Of a DNA stretch of 64,000 nt, positions 63,051 to 64,000 are shown in pieces. The stretch lies in NCBI GenBank assembly GCA_964016885.1, contig OZ024742.1, positions 349,494,001 through 349,558,000 of the forward strand, given 5' to 3'. The position numbers and the translations under genes were made by a program. This stretch comes from Eledone cirrhosa. Taxonomy: Eukaryota. Within the stretch, counting starts at the first letter, position 1, and each line of letters opens with the position of its first letter. The notes under the pieces were generated by a model, which was not told where the DNA came from, made no database searches, and was given only the letters and a program-made list of their open reading frames with translations.

Positions 63051-64000
63051 TTACTATACCTTTAGTTACCTTTAGTGGAGTTGATTCTGCTGCAAGTATT
63101 TAGCCCACCAATTACTACACCTTTAGTTACCGTTAGTGGAGTTGATTCTGCTGCAAGTATTTAGCCCACCAATTACCAGACCTTTAGTTACCTTTAATGT
63201 AGTTGATTCTGCTGCAAGTATTTAGCCCACCAATTACCAGACCTTTAGTTACCTTTAATGTAGTTTATTCTGCTGCAAGTATTTAGCCCACCAATTACCA
63301 GACCTTTAGTTACCTTTAGTGTAGTTGATTCTGCTGCAAGTATTTAGCCCACCAATTACCAGACCTTTAGTTACCTTTAATGTAGTTGATTCTGCTGCAA
63401 GTATTTAGCCCACCAATTACAAGACCTTTAGTTACCTTTAATGTAGTTGATTCTGCTGCAAGTATTTAGCTCACCAATTACCAGACCTTTAGTTACCTTT
63501 AATGTAGTTGATTCTGCTGCAAGTATTTAGCTCACCAATTACCAGACCTTTAGTTACCTTTAATGTAGTTGATTCTGCTGCAAGTATTTAGCCCACCAAT
63601 TACCAGACCTTTAGTTACCTTTAATGTAGTTGATTCTGCTGCAAGTATTTAGCTCACCAATTACCAGACCTTTAGTTACCTCTAATGTAGTTGATTCTGC
63701 TGCAAGTATTTAGCTCACCAATTACCAGACCTTTAGTTACCTTTAATGTAGTTGATTCTGCTGCAAGTATTTAGCTTACCAATTACCAGACCTTTAGTTA
63801 CCTTTAATGTAGTTGATTCTGCTGCAAGTACTTAGCCCACCAATTACCAGACCTTTAGTAACCTTTAATGTAGTTGATTCTGCTGCAAGTATTTAGCTCA
63901 CCAATTACCAGACCTTTAGTTACCTTTAATGTAGTTGATTCTGCTGCAAGTATTTAGCTCACCAATTACCAGACCTTTAGTTACCTTTAATGTAGTTGAT

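Larger units (their letters stand above)
1..64000. repeat. Satellite DNA array, 61-bp monomer, 1049 full copies plus a partial copy, open at both window edges
   Basis: The same 61-mer recurs head-to-tail from base 1 to 64000 and shifts 1 nt per 60-nt line. The last monomer starts at 63969: 63968 + 21 deleted bases = 63989 = 1049 x 61. Monomers differ by only a few substitutions. No inversion or foreign insertion was seen. Confidence 0.99.

Noticed and set aside
63415-63430. Seventh copy of the TTACAAG cassette
   Set aside because: It lacks the upstream CCTTTTGTGG and CCAAATACC markers, and its paralogous site near 57.1 kb reads TTACCAG. It is probably an independent substitution.
1-64000. 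Protein-coding repeat gene on either strand
   Set aside because: The period is not a multiple of 3. The + strand consensus has TAG at 2, 10, 20 and 48 and TGA at 29, and the - strand has TAA at 1, 13, 41, 47 and 51 and TAG at 59, so all six frames are closed in the standard code.
1-64000. CRISPR array or other repeat-spacer system
   Set aside because: There are no unique spacers. The entire 61 bp is repeated with only point variants, and no cas or other genes are present.
1-64000. tRNA, 5S rRNA, snRNA or spliced-leader RNA tandem gene array, or rDNA spacer subrepeats
   Set aside because: The unit is too short, shows no recognisable cloverleaf, A/B/C boxes or conserved RNA motif, and there is no flanking rDNA within 64 kb.
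1-64000. Variant pattern as a deliberate code (synthetic data storage or programmed diversification cassette)
   Set aside because: The variants are linked, clustered in domains and inherited in nested duplicated blocks with private mutations. Ordinary satellite evolution explains this without any encoding or diversifying machinery.

Overview
The whole 64 kb window is one uninterrupted, single-orientation, head-to-tail array of a 61-bp satellite monomer (consensus CTAGACCTTTAGTTACCTTTAGTG[G/T]AGTTGATTCTG[T/C]TGCAAGTATTTAGCCCACCAATTA, about 38% GC, no CpG). It holds 1049 monomers plus a 32-bp partial one. The phase closes exactly with the 12 deletions (21 bp) I found. I see no gene, RNA gene, transposon, CRISPR array or unique sequence, and the consensus monomer has stop codons in all six frames. 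This looks like eukaryotic satellite DNA (centromeric, pericentromeric or subtelomeric), but I cannot name the family or the organism. The information lies in the variants. About 11 recurrent polymorphic sites define a small set of monomer haplotypes arranged in compositional domains. Rare variants reveal nested higher-order duplications of 11-71 monomers, a ~103-monomer super-period and a ~38 kb (622-monomer) macro-repeat. I found no evidence of a new protein-coding system. All offsets were read by eye from diagnostic variants, and block boundaries are approximate to within one or two monomers.
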